Notes under the pieces: generated by a model
Databases searched by the model: none
The model's input: only the letters and a program-made list of their open reading frames with translations
Told to the model about the DNA's origin: nothing
From: Bryobacteraceae bacterium
GTDB taxonomy: Bacteria > Acidobacteriota > Terriglobia > Bryobacterales > Bryobacteraceae
Assembly (NCBI GenBank): GCA_035653295.1
Contig: DASRCB010000151.1
Span: forward strand, 1 to 42,667
Direction of reading: 5' to 3'
Length of the DNA stretch: 42,667 bases
Shown here: in pieces, positions 26,324-34,249 of the stretch
How the letters are laid out: every line of letters begins with the position of its first letter
Position numbering within the stretch: position 1 is the stretch's first letter
Translations under genes and position numbers: made by a program

Positions 26324-28765
26324 ATGTCCCGCTGCCGCAGCCTGTTCGAGAGCGCCGTACAAGACCTTTCGTTCGCCCTGCGGCAATTCGTCCGCAATCC
26401 TGCCTTCAGCATCAGCGTGCTCCTGATCCTTTCGCTCGGCATCGGTTCCACGGTCGCCGTGTTTACCGTCGTGGACGGCATCCTGTTCCGGCCGCTGCCT
26501 TACGCCGCGCCCGGCCGTCTGGTTGCATACGGCATTCTCGCGCCCATCGATGCCCGGGAATTCCTGTTCGGCTTCGATTATCTGCGGTGGCGCGTTCGTG
26601 TTCCGGCGTTCGAGGCCGTGACCTCCATGTTTCCGGGCGAACGGGCCTGCGATCTCACCGAACCGAATCCGCAGCGGCTGTCCTGCGTTGACGTGGAATC
26701 GACGTTCCTTCCGCTGTTCGGCGTTCGCCCTCTTCTCGGACGCAATTTCACTCGCGCCGAGGATCAACCGGGCGCGCCCGGTGTCGTGCTGCTCTCGTAT
26801 CCGTTCTGGCGGTCGCGGTTCGGAGGACAGCCGGGCGTGCTCGGGCGATCGTTGTCACTCGACGGTCAACCGGCGCGCATCATCGGCGTTCTTCCGGAGA
26901 GCTTCGAAATGCCGAACCTCGCCCGGTTCGACCTGCTTGCGCCACAGCGGCTGAATGAGGCCGCGCAGCGACCGCCAAACACCGGCGCGCTCCTTCGCAC
27001 CTTCGCCCGCCTGCGCCCCGGCTGGACGCCGGCGCAGGCCGCCGCCGTCCTTCATCCCATGCTGGAGCGCACCCTGCAGGAGGCTCCTCCGGCCTTCCGC
27101 CATGAAATCCGCATCGGCGTGCGCGATCTGCGGGAGTGGCAGAGCGGCGATCGCCGGAGAACGTCCTGGGTGCTCCTGTTTTCGGTGCTGGCGGTTCTGC
27201 TGCTCGCGTGCATGAATGTCGCCACCCTTCTTCTGGCCCGCGCCGTGAGCCGGGAGCGCGAGTTGGCGATGCGCGAAGCCCTGGGCGCGGGCCGGGGCCG
27301 CCTGGTGCGGCAGACGCTGACCGAAAGTCTGCTGCTGGGCTGCATCGCCGGCGTGTGTGGCATGGCGGCCGCATTCGGCCTGCTGCGCGCCGTCGTGAAA
27401 GCCGCGCCCGAGAGCATCCCTGGACTCGCCTCCGTTCACCTCGATGCGCGTGCTGCGTTCATCGCGTTGCTGCTTGCGGTGGTAAATGGGTTGCTGTTCG
27501 GCATCCTCCCCGCCTTGCGCCTCCCCGGTGTCGAGCTTCTGGCCGGCTGGCGCAGCACCTCACCTGCGCGAACCCGAATCCGCGGCCTCCTCGTGACCGC
27601 GCAGATCGCGGGATCGCTGGTAATGATGACCGCGGCGGGGCTGATGCTCCGAACCCTGTGGCGGCTCGAAAGCGTGCCCCTCGGGATCGACGCAGCCCAT
27701 GTCGTGACCGCGGAACTCACACTCGGCAGCCGTTACGACGGCCTCCGGACCATTGCTTTCTCAGAGCAGCTCGAACGCGCCCTCCGCGCCCAGCCGGGGA
27801 TCAGCACGGTCGCGGTATCCGATACGCTGCCGCCGTCCGGACGGACCCGCAGCATGCCCTTCTTCGTACTTCGCGCAGCTGGGCGGCCGCCGTTCGAGCA
27901 CGGCGTGGGAGGCATGATCCCGTGGCGCGCGGTCTCTTCCGGCTACTTCCAGGCTCTCGGCATTCCGATGCTTCGCGGCAGAGGCTTCACCGACGCTGAC
28001 GCCGGCTCGCGCGAGCAGTTCATCGTCCTGAGCGACGCCCTGGCCCGGCGGCTCTTCCGATCGGACGATCCGCTCGGCGCCCGCATGACCGTCGATGGAG
28101 ACCACTGGTTCACCGTCATCGGTATCGCCGCGGGTGTCCGCAACCGCGGGCTGGCCAGTCCACCGGACCCGGAGTTTTACCTCGATCGCGACCAACGCCC
28201 GGAGGTCGCCATCCATGGGCCGACCAGCCGCCATGTCGCCGTCGTCGTGCGCAGCGTTCTCGACCGCCGTTTTCTGGCGCCGCTGCTGCGCGAGCGCATC
28301 CATGAGCTCGATCCCACGGTGCCGGTCGACACGGCCGGGTTCGATGACCGGCTCGCCGAGCTCACCACGGGCCAGCGTTTCCACGCGGCGCTGTTCAGCG
28401 CCTTTGCAGGGATTGCGCTGCTGCTGGCTATCAGCGGCCTCTATGGGCTGGTGGCATTCCTGGTGGCGCAGAGGCGTCAGGAGATTGGGGTGCGCATCGC
28501 GCTCGGCGCATCACCAGCCGACGTGGCGGCGATGGTTGTTCGCTACGCGCTGCGGTTCACTCTCGCCGGCGTTGCGGGCGGCGTTATTGGGGCAGTGCTG
28601 ATAACTCGGTGGATGGAGTCGATGCTCTACGGCGTTTCGGCGCGCGACCCGCTTACCCTGGTGGTGGTGGCGGCCGTCCTGCTGTGCAGCGCAGTGGCGG
28701 CCGCGCTGGCGCCTTCTCTGAGCGCGGCGCGAACGGATCCGATGATCGCTCTGCGCGCGGAATAG
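26324..28765 (+). CDS. ADOP-family permease (Acidobacterial duplicated orphan permease; MacB-like periplasmic domains + two FtsX domains), short N-terminus
   Basis: FALRQFVRNPAFSISVLLILSLGIGSTVAVFTVVDGILFRPLPYAAPGRLV is the ADOP/MacB N-terminal TM1 signature. FtsX 4-TM modules occur twice, ending DPMIALRAE. There is no N-terminal cytoplasmic permease-prefix extension, unlike the second copy. Confidence 0.8.
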   Translation: MSRCRSLFESAVQDLSFALRQFVRNPAFSISVLLILSLGIGSTVAVFTVVDGILFRPLPYAAPGRLVAYGILAPIDAREFLFGFDYLRWRVRVPAFEAVTSMFPGERACDLTEPNPQRLSCVDVESTFLPLFGVRPLLGRNFTRAEDQPGAPGVVLLSYPFWRSRFGGQPGVLGRSLSLDGQPARIIGVLPESFEMPNLARFDLLAPQRLNEAAQRPPNTGALLRTFARLRPGWTPAQAAAVLHPMLERTLQEAPPAFRHEIRIGVRDLREWQSGDRRRTSWVLLFSVLAVLLLACMNVATLLLARAVSRERELAMREALGAGRGRLVRQTLTESLLLGCIAGVCGMAAAFGLLRAVVKAAPESIPGLASVHLDARAAFIALLLAVVNGLLFGILPALRLPGVELLAGWRSTSPARTRIRGLLVTAQIAGSLVMMTAAGLMLRTLWRLESVPLGIDAAHVVTAELTLGSRYDGLRTIAFSEQLERALRAQPGISTVAVSDTLPPSGRTRSMPFFVLRAAGRPPFEHGVGGMIPWRAVSSGYFQALGIPMLRGRGFTDADAGSREQFIVLSDALARRLFRSDDPLGARMTVDGDHWFTVIGIAAGVRNRGLASPPDPEFYLDRDQRPEVAIHGPTSRHVAVVVRSVLDRRFLAPLLRERIHELDPTVPVDTAGFDDRLAELTTGQRFHAALFSAFAGIALLLAISGLYGLVAFLVAQRRQEIGVRIALGASPADVAAMVVRYALRFTLAGVAGGVIGAVLITRWMESMLYGVSARDPLTLVVVAAVLLCSAVAAALAPSLSAARTDPMIALRAE

Positions 28766-28766
28766 C

Positions 28767-29435
28767 CTACTTCAACTGCCGCAGCGAGACTTCCCGGAAG
28801 AAAACGATGTCGTTATCGCTGTGGTTCTGTAGACCGAACCAGCCCTTGTTCGGCCGGCGGCCACGGTCGGGCTCGAAGCTGAGCTTCTTCGGCGGCACAG
28901 GATCGCCTTCCGTGTAGTCGGTGACCTTAACCCCGTTGACTTCCACAACGGTATGGGGGCCATCCAGGGTGATCAGCATGGTGTTCCACTCCGGTCCTGG
29001 CTTGCCAGGGAAAGCGAGCGGCTTGGTCAGTGAGTAGAGCGTGCCGGTGACGTGATACTCGTCTTCCTTCGACGTCTCGGGGTGATTATCGATCTGCACT
29101 TCGTAGCCCTTGTTCACCGGCATCCATGGCTCGGTCGGTTCCGTGGGGATGCGGATAAACACGCCGGAGTTGTCGTTGAAGTCGCGCATTTTGTAGACGA
29201 CGCGCAGCTGGCAGTCGCCGATCGGGCCGCCTTTCCACACCAGCAGTCCCATCCCGCCGTGCGTGCGGATGAGGCCGTTTTCCACGGTCATACCGCCCGG
29301 ACCGACGTGATGCCAGTCGTTCAGGTCCTTGCCATTGAACAGCGGCTTCCAGTCCTGTGCGGACTGCGTCGCGGCCACCGCCGCTGCCGCGGCGGCGCAG
29401 AGAATGAATAATCCCAAATTTGTTTTCAGCGACAT
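28767..29435 (-). CDS. DUF1080 / 3-keto-disaccharide hydrolase-like secreted protein
   Basis: Signal peptide, then WKPLFNGKDLNDWH...GDCQLRVVYK...NSGVFIR...GYEVQIDN...TGTLY...EWNTMLI...VEVNGVKV, the PF06439 pattern. Confidence 0.8.
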   Translation of the reverse strand: MSLKTNLGLFILCAAAAAAVAATQSAQDWKPLFNGKDLNDWHHVGPGGMTVENGLIRTHGGMGLLVWKGGPIGDCQLRVVYKMRDFNDNSGVFIRIPTEPTEPWMPVNKGYEVQIDNHPETSKEDEYHVTGTLYSLTKPLAFPGKPGPEWNTMLITLDGPHTVVEVNGVKVTDYTEGDPVPPKKLSFEPDRGRRPNKGWFGLQNHSDNDIVFFREVSLRQLK

Positions 29436-29462
29436 AACTTGATGTCCGTGATTTTACAACGC

Positions 29463-29720
29463 TCAAGGCGCCCAAGGCCGCCGGCCGCTGTTCTCGAGCA
29501 GTTGCCGCGCTCCCATGGAAGCTTCCGGCGCGACGTAGAAGAAGGCGCCCACGCGTTCGCTTCGGAAGATGATGCCGCCATGATAGGTGTCCGTTTCAAC
29601 CGCGTACTCAACCCCAGAGTCGGTAAGCAGCGTCTCGACTTTCAGAGCGTCTTTGAGCCGCCGGGCGATATAGATGAGCTCGAGTTCCTGATCGCCGAAA
29701 TAAGACGCCTCGCGTCGCAT
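29463..29720 (-). CDS. hypothetical small protein (85 aa)
   Basis: The start is taken at the internal MRREASYFGDQELELIYIARRL, because the upstream 45 codons of the ORF are Arg/Pro junk. Lies downstream of the 3D-domain gene on the same strand. Confidence 0.35.
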   Translation of the reverse strand: MRREASYFGDQELELIYIARRLKDALKVETLLTDSGVEYAVETDTYHGGIIFRSERVGAFFYVAPEASMGARQLLENSGRRPWAP

Positions 29721-29736
29721 GCGCGTGCCCGCGCCT

Positions 29737-30219
29737 CTATTCTCGCGCGTGTGCGGCGTCGGCCCTGCGCACGGCCCGGTTCTCGGCCTTCGCCTGCGCC
29801 CTTTGGTCAGGATCGGGCTGGGTGGGCTGATTATCGCCATACCTGAGCACCACAACCTTCACGCGCTGGCGGCCGAACTTCTTCGCCTCGGCGGTGCTGG
29901 GCATGTACACGTCGATGTGATGGCCATCGACTTTGGCCCCGGTATCTTCGACGGTGTAGTCGCCCGAATAACGGCCTGCGCCGAAGATGCGAATGCGCGT
30001 GTTCAAGGGCAGGACATCGGTGTCGGCTGCAACCGCGCCAGGGTGAGACCACTTGCCCGAGGCGCCGGTCTTCTCGACCGAGTAAGCGGTGGCGATGAAA
30101 TACCGGATTGTCGGGCGATGACGATGGCGCGAGCGCCGGGCTGTGTGCGCGAGCGCGCCTCCATAGCCGAAGAAGAGGGCCAGCGCGAGGAACGTCGTCA
30201 GCCGCGGGAGATATGGCAT
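29737..30219 (-). CDS. 3D-domain protein (MltA/YabE-type 3D domain) with N-terminal membrane anchor
   Basis: N-terminal hydrophobic segment MPYLPRLTTFLALALFFGYGGALA. The 3D domain shows IATAYSV...GAVAADTDVLPLNTRIRIFG...GDYTVEDTGAKVDGHHIDVYMPS. Confidence 0.65.
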   Translation of the reverse strand: MPYLPRLTTFLALALFFGYGGALAHTARRSRHRHRPTIRYFIATAYSVEKTGASGKWSHPGAVAADTDVLPLNTRIRIFGAGRYSGDYTVEDTGAKVDGHHIDVYMPSTAEAKKFGRQRVKVVVLRYGDNQPTQPDPDQRAQAKAENRAVRRADAAHARE

Positions 30220-30316
30220 ATATCTTAGACGCGTAAACCGCGCGTGTTCTGTCACGGTTAAGCGAACGCCGGGCGTGCGTCAGCGTGCATCCATAGAACG
30301 CAAAGGAGTACCTGCG

Positions 30317-30808
30317 GTGTGTGATTATTCGTTGTTCGCTCATCCGAATCGTCTGGCTAACGAAGGGGAGCGATTGGTGGTTTACCGTTTCTCGTCTACC
30401 TCGGTTGGTTTGGCGTCGCCCGCTGACGTGACCGCGTCGCAGCCTGCGCAATGCCCGGGCGCGTGGCGCAAGTGGTTTTCGTGGTCCGCAATCCGCGACT
30501 GGCTGAACTCGCCCGAACCGGCGCATCCGGTCCCGGCCGTGTGCATTCCGCCTGGCGCACGCCTGATGGTGCGCGATATCGGGCGCGACCTGCAACGCGA
30601 ACTCGGCGTCGGAGCGGAGGAAGAGGTCACGTTCGTGGAACTCAGCCTCGAGGCGCACCGGTATCGTGACGCTATCTCGTTCGCCAACGGGCGCGAACTT
30701 CTGCTGCAGCGACTGCGCGAAGGCCAGCGTGTGGATGTGCTCTCGCTTACTGGCGCGGACCTGCCGGAAATCGGCCGCCCGGAGGCGGTTTCTGCGGGCG
30801 CAGTGTAG
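30317..30808 (+). CDS. hypothetical protein
   Basis: An AAGGAG RBS lies 7 nt before the GTG at 30317. The ORF-track ATG at 30275 is the alternative start. No recognised domain. Confidence 0.4.
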   Translation: MCDYSLFAHPNRLANEGERLVVYRFSSTSVGLASPADVTASQPAQCPGAWRKWFSWSAIRDWLNSPEPAHPVPAVCIPPGARLMVRDIGRDLQRELGVGAEEEVTFVELSLEAHRYRDAISFANGRELLLQRLREGQRVDVLSLTGADLPEIGRPEAVSAGAV

Positions 30809-30906
30809 AAAGTGCAGTGAAACGATATTAATCCGCTCGCAAGCCATTACAACTGCATCGCGGGCCTGAGTGGCCCGATGGTTGCCTTTAGGCGGCCGGG
30901 GTAACC

Positions 30907-31140
30907 ATGAAACACATCTCTTCGATATTGCTCGCGGGCGTAATGGCCTGCGGTCTCGCGTTCGCTCAGAAGCAGGACGCCAAGGATGCCGGAACGGACA
31001 TGAAGGACGCCGGCAAGGATGTCGGACACGCCGCGAAGCACACGGGCAGGGCGGTGAAGAAGGGCACGAAGAAGGGCGTCCACAAAGTCGCCGGCAAGAC
31101 GGAAGAAGGCGCTGCAAAGGTAAAAGACAAGACGCAGTAG
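30907..31140 (+). CDS. small secreted Lys/Gly-rich protein (77 aa)
   Basis: Signal peptide MKHISSILLAGVMACGLAFA, then a low-complexity Lys-rich region (KDAGKDVGHAAKHTGRAVKKGTKKGVHKVAGKTEEGAAKVKDKTQ). Confidence 0.45.
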   Translation: MKHISSILLAGVMACGLAFAQKQDAKDAGTDMKDAGKDVGHAAKHTGRAVKKGTKKGVHKVAGKTEEGAAKVKDKTQ

Positions 31141-31539
31141 TCACCCGCCCTGGGAGTCGTGTCCGCCGACACCGGCCAGATCCTCGATCTTGGTTCCTTT
31201 CCGATCGATCCGCTGGCCGATGGTGTGCCTGGTATCCATTTGGTCTTCGGACGCGCCGAGCGGGGCGAGTGACGGACGCGCGGCGGCCGCGGCGGTTCCC
31301 GCAGGCGCCCTCTGAACAGCAATCGTAAACTGCGGGGCGGCGGCTGCCATTGCGCGTAGTGCGGCGGTCAACGACGCCGGGGCGGCCGTCGTCGCCGCGT
31401 TCACCGGTATTTCGACGAGAGCGTTCCCGCGCATGTCGCCGATGGTGATACGACGCACGGTGGCGTCCTGGAGTAGTGGGATCAGTCTGGCGTCGAGTTC
31501 GGCGCCGGGAATCGTCAGCGGGTCCTGAGCCCTGGTCAT
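31141..31539 (-). CDS. hypothetical Ala-rich protein
   Basis: A minus-strand ORF with high GC3 codon bias fills the 500-bp gap before hyuB. The start is set at the internal MTRAQDPL to avoid overlapping the hyuB start. Its stop abuts the stop of the convergent small gene, leaving no terminator space. Confidence 0.35.
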   Translation of the reverse strand: MTRAQDPLTIPGAELDARLIPLLQDATVRRITIGDMRGNALVEIPVNAATTAAPASLTAALRAMAAAAPQFTIAVQRAPAGTAAAAARPSLAPLGASEDQMDTRHTIGQRIDRKGTKIEDLAGVGGHDSQGG

Positions 31540-31650
31540 CGCTCCCCCCGGAACTGTTTCGAATTGTGGCGGCGTGTTGAGTGTATGGCAGGCTGTTGCG
31601 GGAGTCAATGAACCCGCTGACACTTCGGACGCGGTTACTCTGGTAATGCC

Positions 31651-33225
31651 ATGCCCTCGCGCGGAGGCCGCGATCCGGTACAGCTCGAGCTGTTCCGCCA
31701 TTTGCTCGTCTCCATAGCCGAGGAGATGGGCGCGGTGCTGCGGAAGACATCATTTTCCGCCAATATCCGCGAGCGCCGCGATTACTCCTGCGCCGTGTAC
31801 GACGCCGCGGGGGCAACCGTGGCCATGGGCGATCACATGCCGGTGCACCTCGGCGCCATGCCGCTGAGCGTCGCCCAGGCCATCGCTTCGTTCGATCTGC
31901 GGCCCGGTGACGTGGCCATCCTGAACGATCCTTTTCGGGGCGGCACCCACCTTCCGGACATCACAGCTGTGTCCGCGGTTTTCCTGAAGGGGGGCCGCAG
32001 GCCGGTTTTCTACGTCGCGAATCGCGCGCATCACTCCGATGTTGGCGGCATGAGTCCGGGGTCGATGCCGCTGGCGCGGGAGATTTATCAGGAGGGGATC
32101 CGCATTCCGCCCGTGCTGCTGGCGCGCGGCGGAGCAGTGGACCGCGAGATTCTCGGCCTCATCCTTGCCAACGTTCGAACTCCGGTGGAGCGCGAAGGCG
32201 ACCTGCTGGCGCAGTGTATGGCCATCCGCCGCGGCGAACAGCGCCTGACCGAGCTGGTCCAGAAATACGGTCTTCGCGACGTCACGCGCAACTGCTCCGC
32301 ACTGATGGATTACAGCGAGCGCATGATGCGCGCCGCGCTCGAGCGGTTGCCGGGTGGCGTGTATGAATTCGAGGACAGGCTCGATAACGACGGACTCAGC
32401 GAGCGGCCGGTGCGGATCCGGGTGCGAATCACTCTCGAGCACGGGGCGGCAACAGTGGATTTCAGCGGCTCCGATCGGCAGGCTGAGGGGAGCGTCAACG
32501 CCAACTACGCGGTGACACTCTCGGCGGCGATGTACGTTTTCCGGTGCCTGATCCGCGAGGACGTGCCCTACACGGCGGGGCTCATGCGACCGCTGCGCGT
32601 GATCGCGCCGGAAGGAACGGTGGTGAATGCGCGGCCGCCGGCGGCCATGGCGGCAGGCAACGTGGAAACATCGCAGCGGATTACCGACGTGCTGCTGGGA
32701 GCGCTGGCGCAGGCCGCGCCGGACGCGATTCCCGCGGCCAGCTCGGGAACGATGAATAACGTCACTCTGGGCGGCGTGGATCCGTTTCGGAACCGGCCCT
32801 TCGCGTGGTATGAGACCATTGCCGGCGGCATGGGCGCCTCGTCGGGGAACGACGGGCTGAGCGCCGTTCAAACGCACATGACGAACAGCTGGAACACTCC
32901 GGTGGAGGCGTTCGAGCACCAGTTCCCGGTGCGCATCCGGCGCTATGGCATTCGCACCGGTTCGGGCGGGTCCGGACGGCGGCGGGGCGGGGATGGGATC
33001 GTGCGCGAATTCGAATTCCTCGCGCCGGCTGACGTAACCATATTGTCCGACCGCCGCGAGCGCGGCCCCTGGGGGCTCGCTGGAGGAGGCAATGGAAAGC
33101 CCGGGCGCAACACACTGATTCGCGGGGGACGGCAACGCCGGATTGCCGGGAAGGAGCGGTTCGAGGCCGGCAGCGGGGACGTTCTGAGGATCGAGACTCC
33201 CGGTGGCGGCGGGTGGGGCGGTTAG
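31651..33225 (+). CDS. hydantoinase B / oxoprolinase family protein (HyuB-like)
   Basis: DPVQLELFRHLLVSIAEEMGAVLRKTSFSANIRERRDYSCAVYDAAG...PVHLGAMP is the Hydantoinase_B N-terminal signature. 524 aa. No HyuA partner is found in the window. Confidence 0.85.
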   Translation: MPSRGGRDPVQLELFRHLLVSIAEEMGAVLRKTSFSANIRERRDYSCAVYDAAGATVAMGDHMPVHLGAMPLSVAQAIASFDLRPGDVAILNDPFRGGTHLPDITAVSAVFLKGGRRPVFYVANRAHHSDVGGMSPGSMPLAREIYQEGIRIPPVLLARGGAVDREILGLILANVRTPVEREGDLLAQCMAIRRGEQRLTELVQKYGLRDVTRNCSALMDYSERMMRAALERLPGGVYEFEDRLDNDGLSERPVRIRVRITLEHGAATVDFSGSDRQAEGSVNANYAVTLSAAMYVFRCLIREDVPYTAGLMRPLRVIAPEGTVVNARPPAAMAAGNVETSQRITDVLLGALAQAAPDAIPAASSGTMNNVTLGGVDPFRNRPFAWYETIAGGMGASSGNDGLSAVQTHMTNSWNTPVEAFEHQFPVRIRRYGIRTGSGGSGRRRGGDGIVREFEFLAPADVTILSDRRERGPWGLAGGGNGKPGRNTLIRGGRQRRIAGKERFEAGSGDVLRIETPGGGGWGG

Positions 33226-33870
33226 GCGACGGGTAGGGGTCAGGGAACAGGGGTCCGAAAAGCCGGGGTCCGGGAACCGGGGTCCGGGGTCCGCTGTGTG
33301 CTGGGCCGATACTCCGTCGTTGGGTGGGATTTCTGGTGTGCTGTCAATGGGTTGCGGGCCGGCGGGGTTGTGTTCGTTTGTGGGATTAGGTTCGTTTGGC
33401 GCGTTTTCCGGGTCGTAGTCCATGAGCGTCTTATACGCCCTTGCCATCTGGCGCTCGTAGCGGGATTCGTAGCGGCTCAGGAGCTCGAGGGCTCTCGTGA
33501 AGTCGGCCATGGCGCGGAAGGAGCGGTAGGTTTTCTCGTCCGGCGGGAGATGGCAGGGGCCCATCAGGCCGGCTTCGTATTTGTAGGCGGTTTTCTCGAG
33601 GGCCCAGACGCGGCGGATGCGCCAGGCGCAGGCTGCGATGGATTCGACCTGGAGACGTTGGAAGGGCGTGGAGGGGCGGAACTCGTCGTCCAGTTCGTTG
33701 GAGAGCTGGAGGAAGCGCTCGGCCGGCTCGGTTGGAAGGACGATGATTTCGCTGAGCAGGCCGTGTTTGACGGCGTTGCGGCATGAGCGCAGTTTGCCCT
33801 CGGGGGTTTTTGGGCCGCGAGATTTGGCCCCATTTTCGCGCGAGGCGCGGATACGACGTTCGGAAGACAT
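33226..33870 (-). CDS. hypothetical protein with protein-like N-terminal ~150 aa and low-complexity Pro/Asn/Glu tail; 3' end undefined (no in-frame stop before running antisense into hyuB)
   Basis: MSSERRIRASRENGAKSRGPKTPEGKLRSCRNAVKHGLLSEIIVLPTEPAERFLQL...YKYEAGLMGPCH has normal amino-acid diversity. The frame stays open to 31750 (the 706-aa ORF), which is implausible biologically. The coordinate 33226 is only the boundary with hyuB. Confidence 0.35.
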
Positions 33871-34249
33871 TGGAGACTACCCTCCCGGCAGCATCTTACT
33901 CCGCGAGGCGGAAGCGCCGAGGGGCAGAGTTATCGGAAATGCTTAGGATTCAATTGGCTGGCGGGGGTGGAGGCCTTGTGAACGCCTGATGGCGACCAGG
34001 CGGGGAGCGGGTTTTGGCGAAGGCGGCAATTTCTGCTGCACTATGCAGGCGGGCAGAATCCGATGGCGCGGTTTTCCAGGGCTCAGTGTCCCGGAGGGCT
34101 TTCAGGGTGGCGGAAAGGCCTTGATGCCTGTCCGGGAAGGCCTTGATGACCGGAGCACAACAATGCACGTGGCCGACGATAGGCCGCAGCAGGCCATTTG
34201 CGCGAACACGGCGTTGGAGGTCATAGCGCCGCGATGAACGATTACCTGC

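Noticed and set aside
31750-33225. Portion of the 706-aa minus-strand ORF lying antisense to hyuB
   Set aside because: hyuB carries clear family signatures. The antisense translation is Arg/Pro/His-rich with no domain. Only the part upstream of hyuB (33226-33870) looks coding.
33250-33294. Four GGGGTCCG octamer repeats: CRISPR or tandem array?
   Set aside because: Far too short and irregular for CRISPR. They encode a Pro/Gly-rich low-complexity peptide segment. Noted only as a possible slippage or frameshift site.
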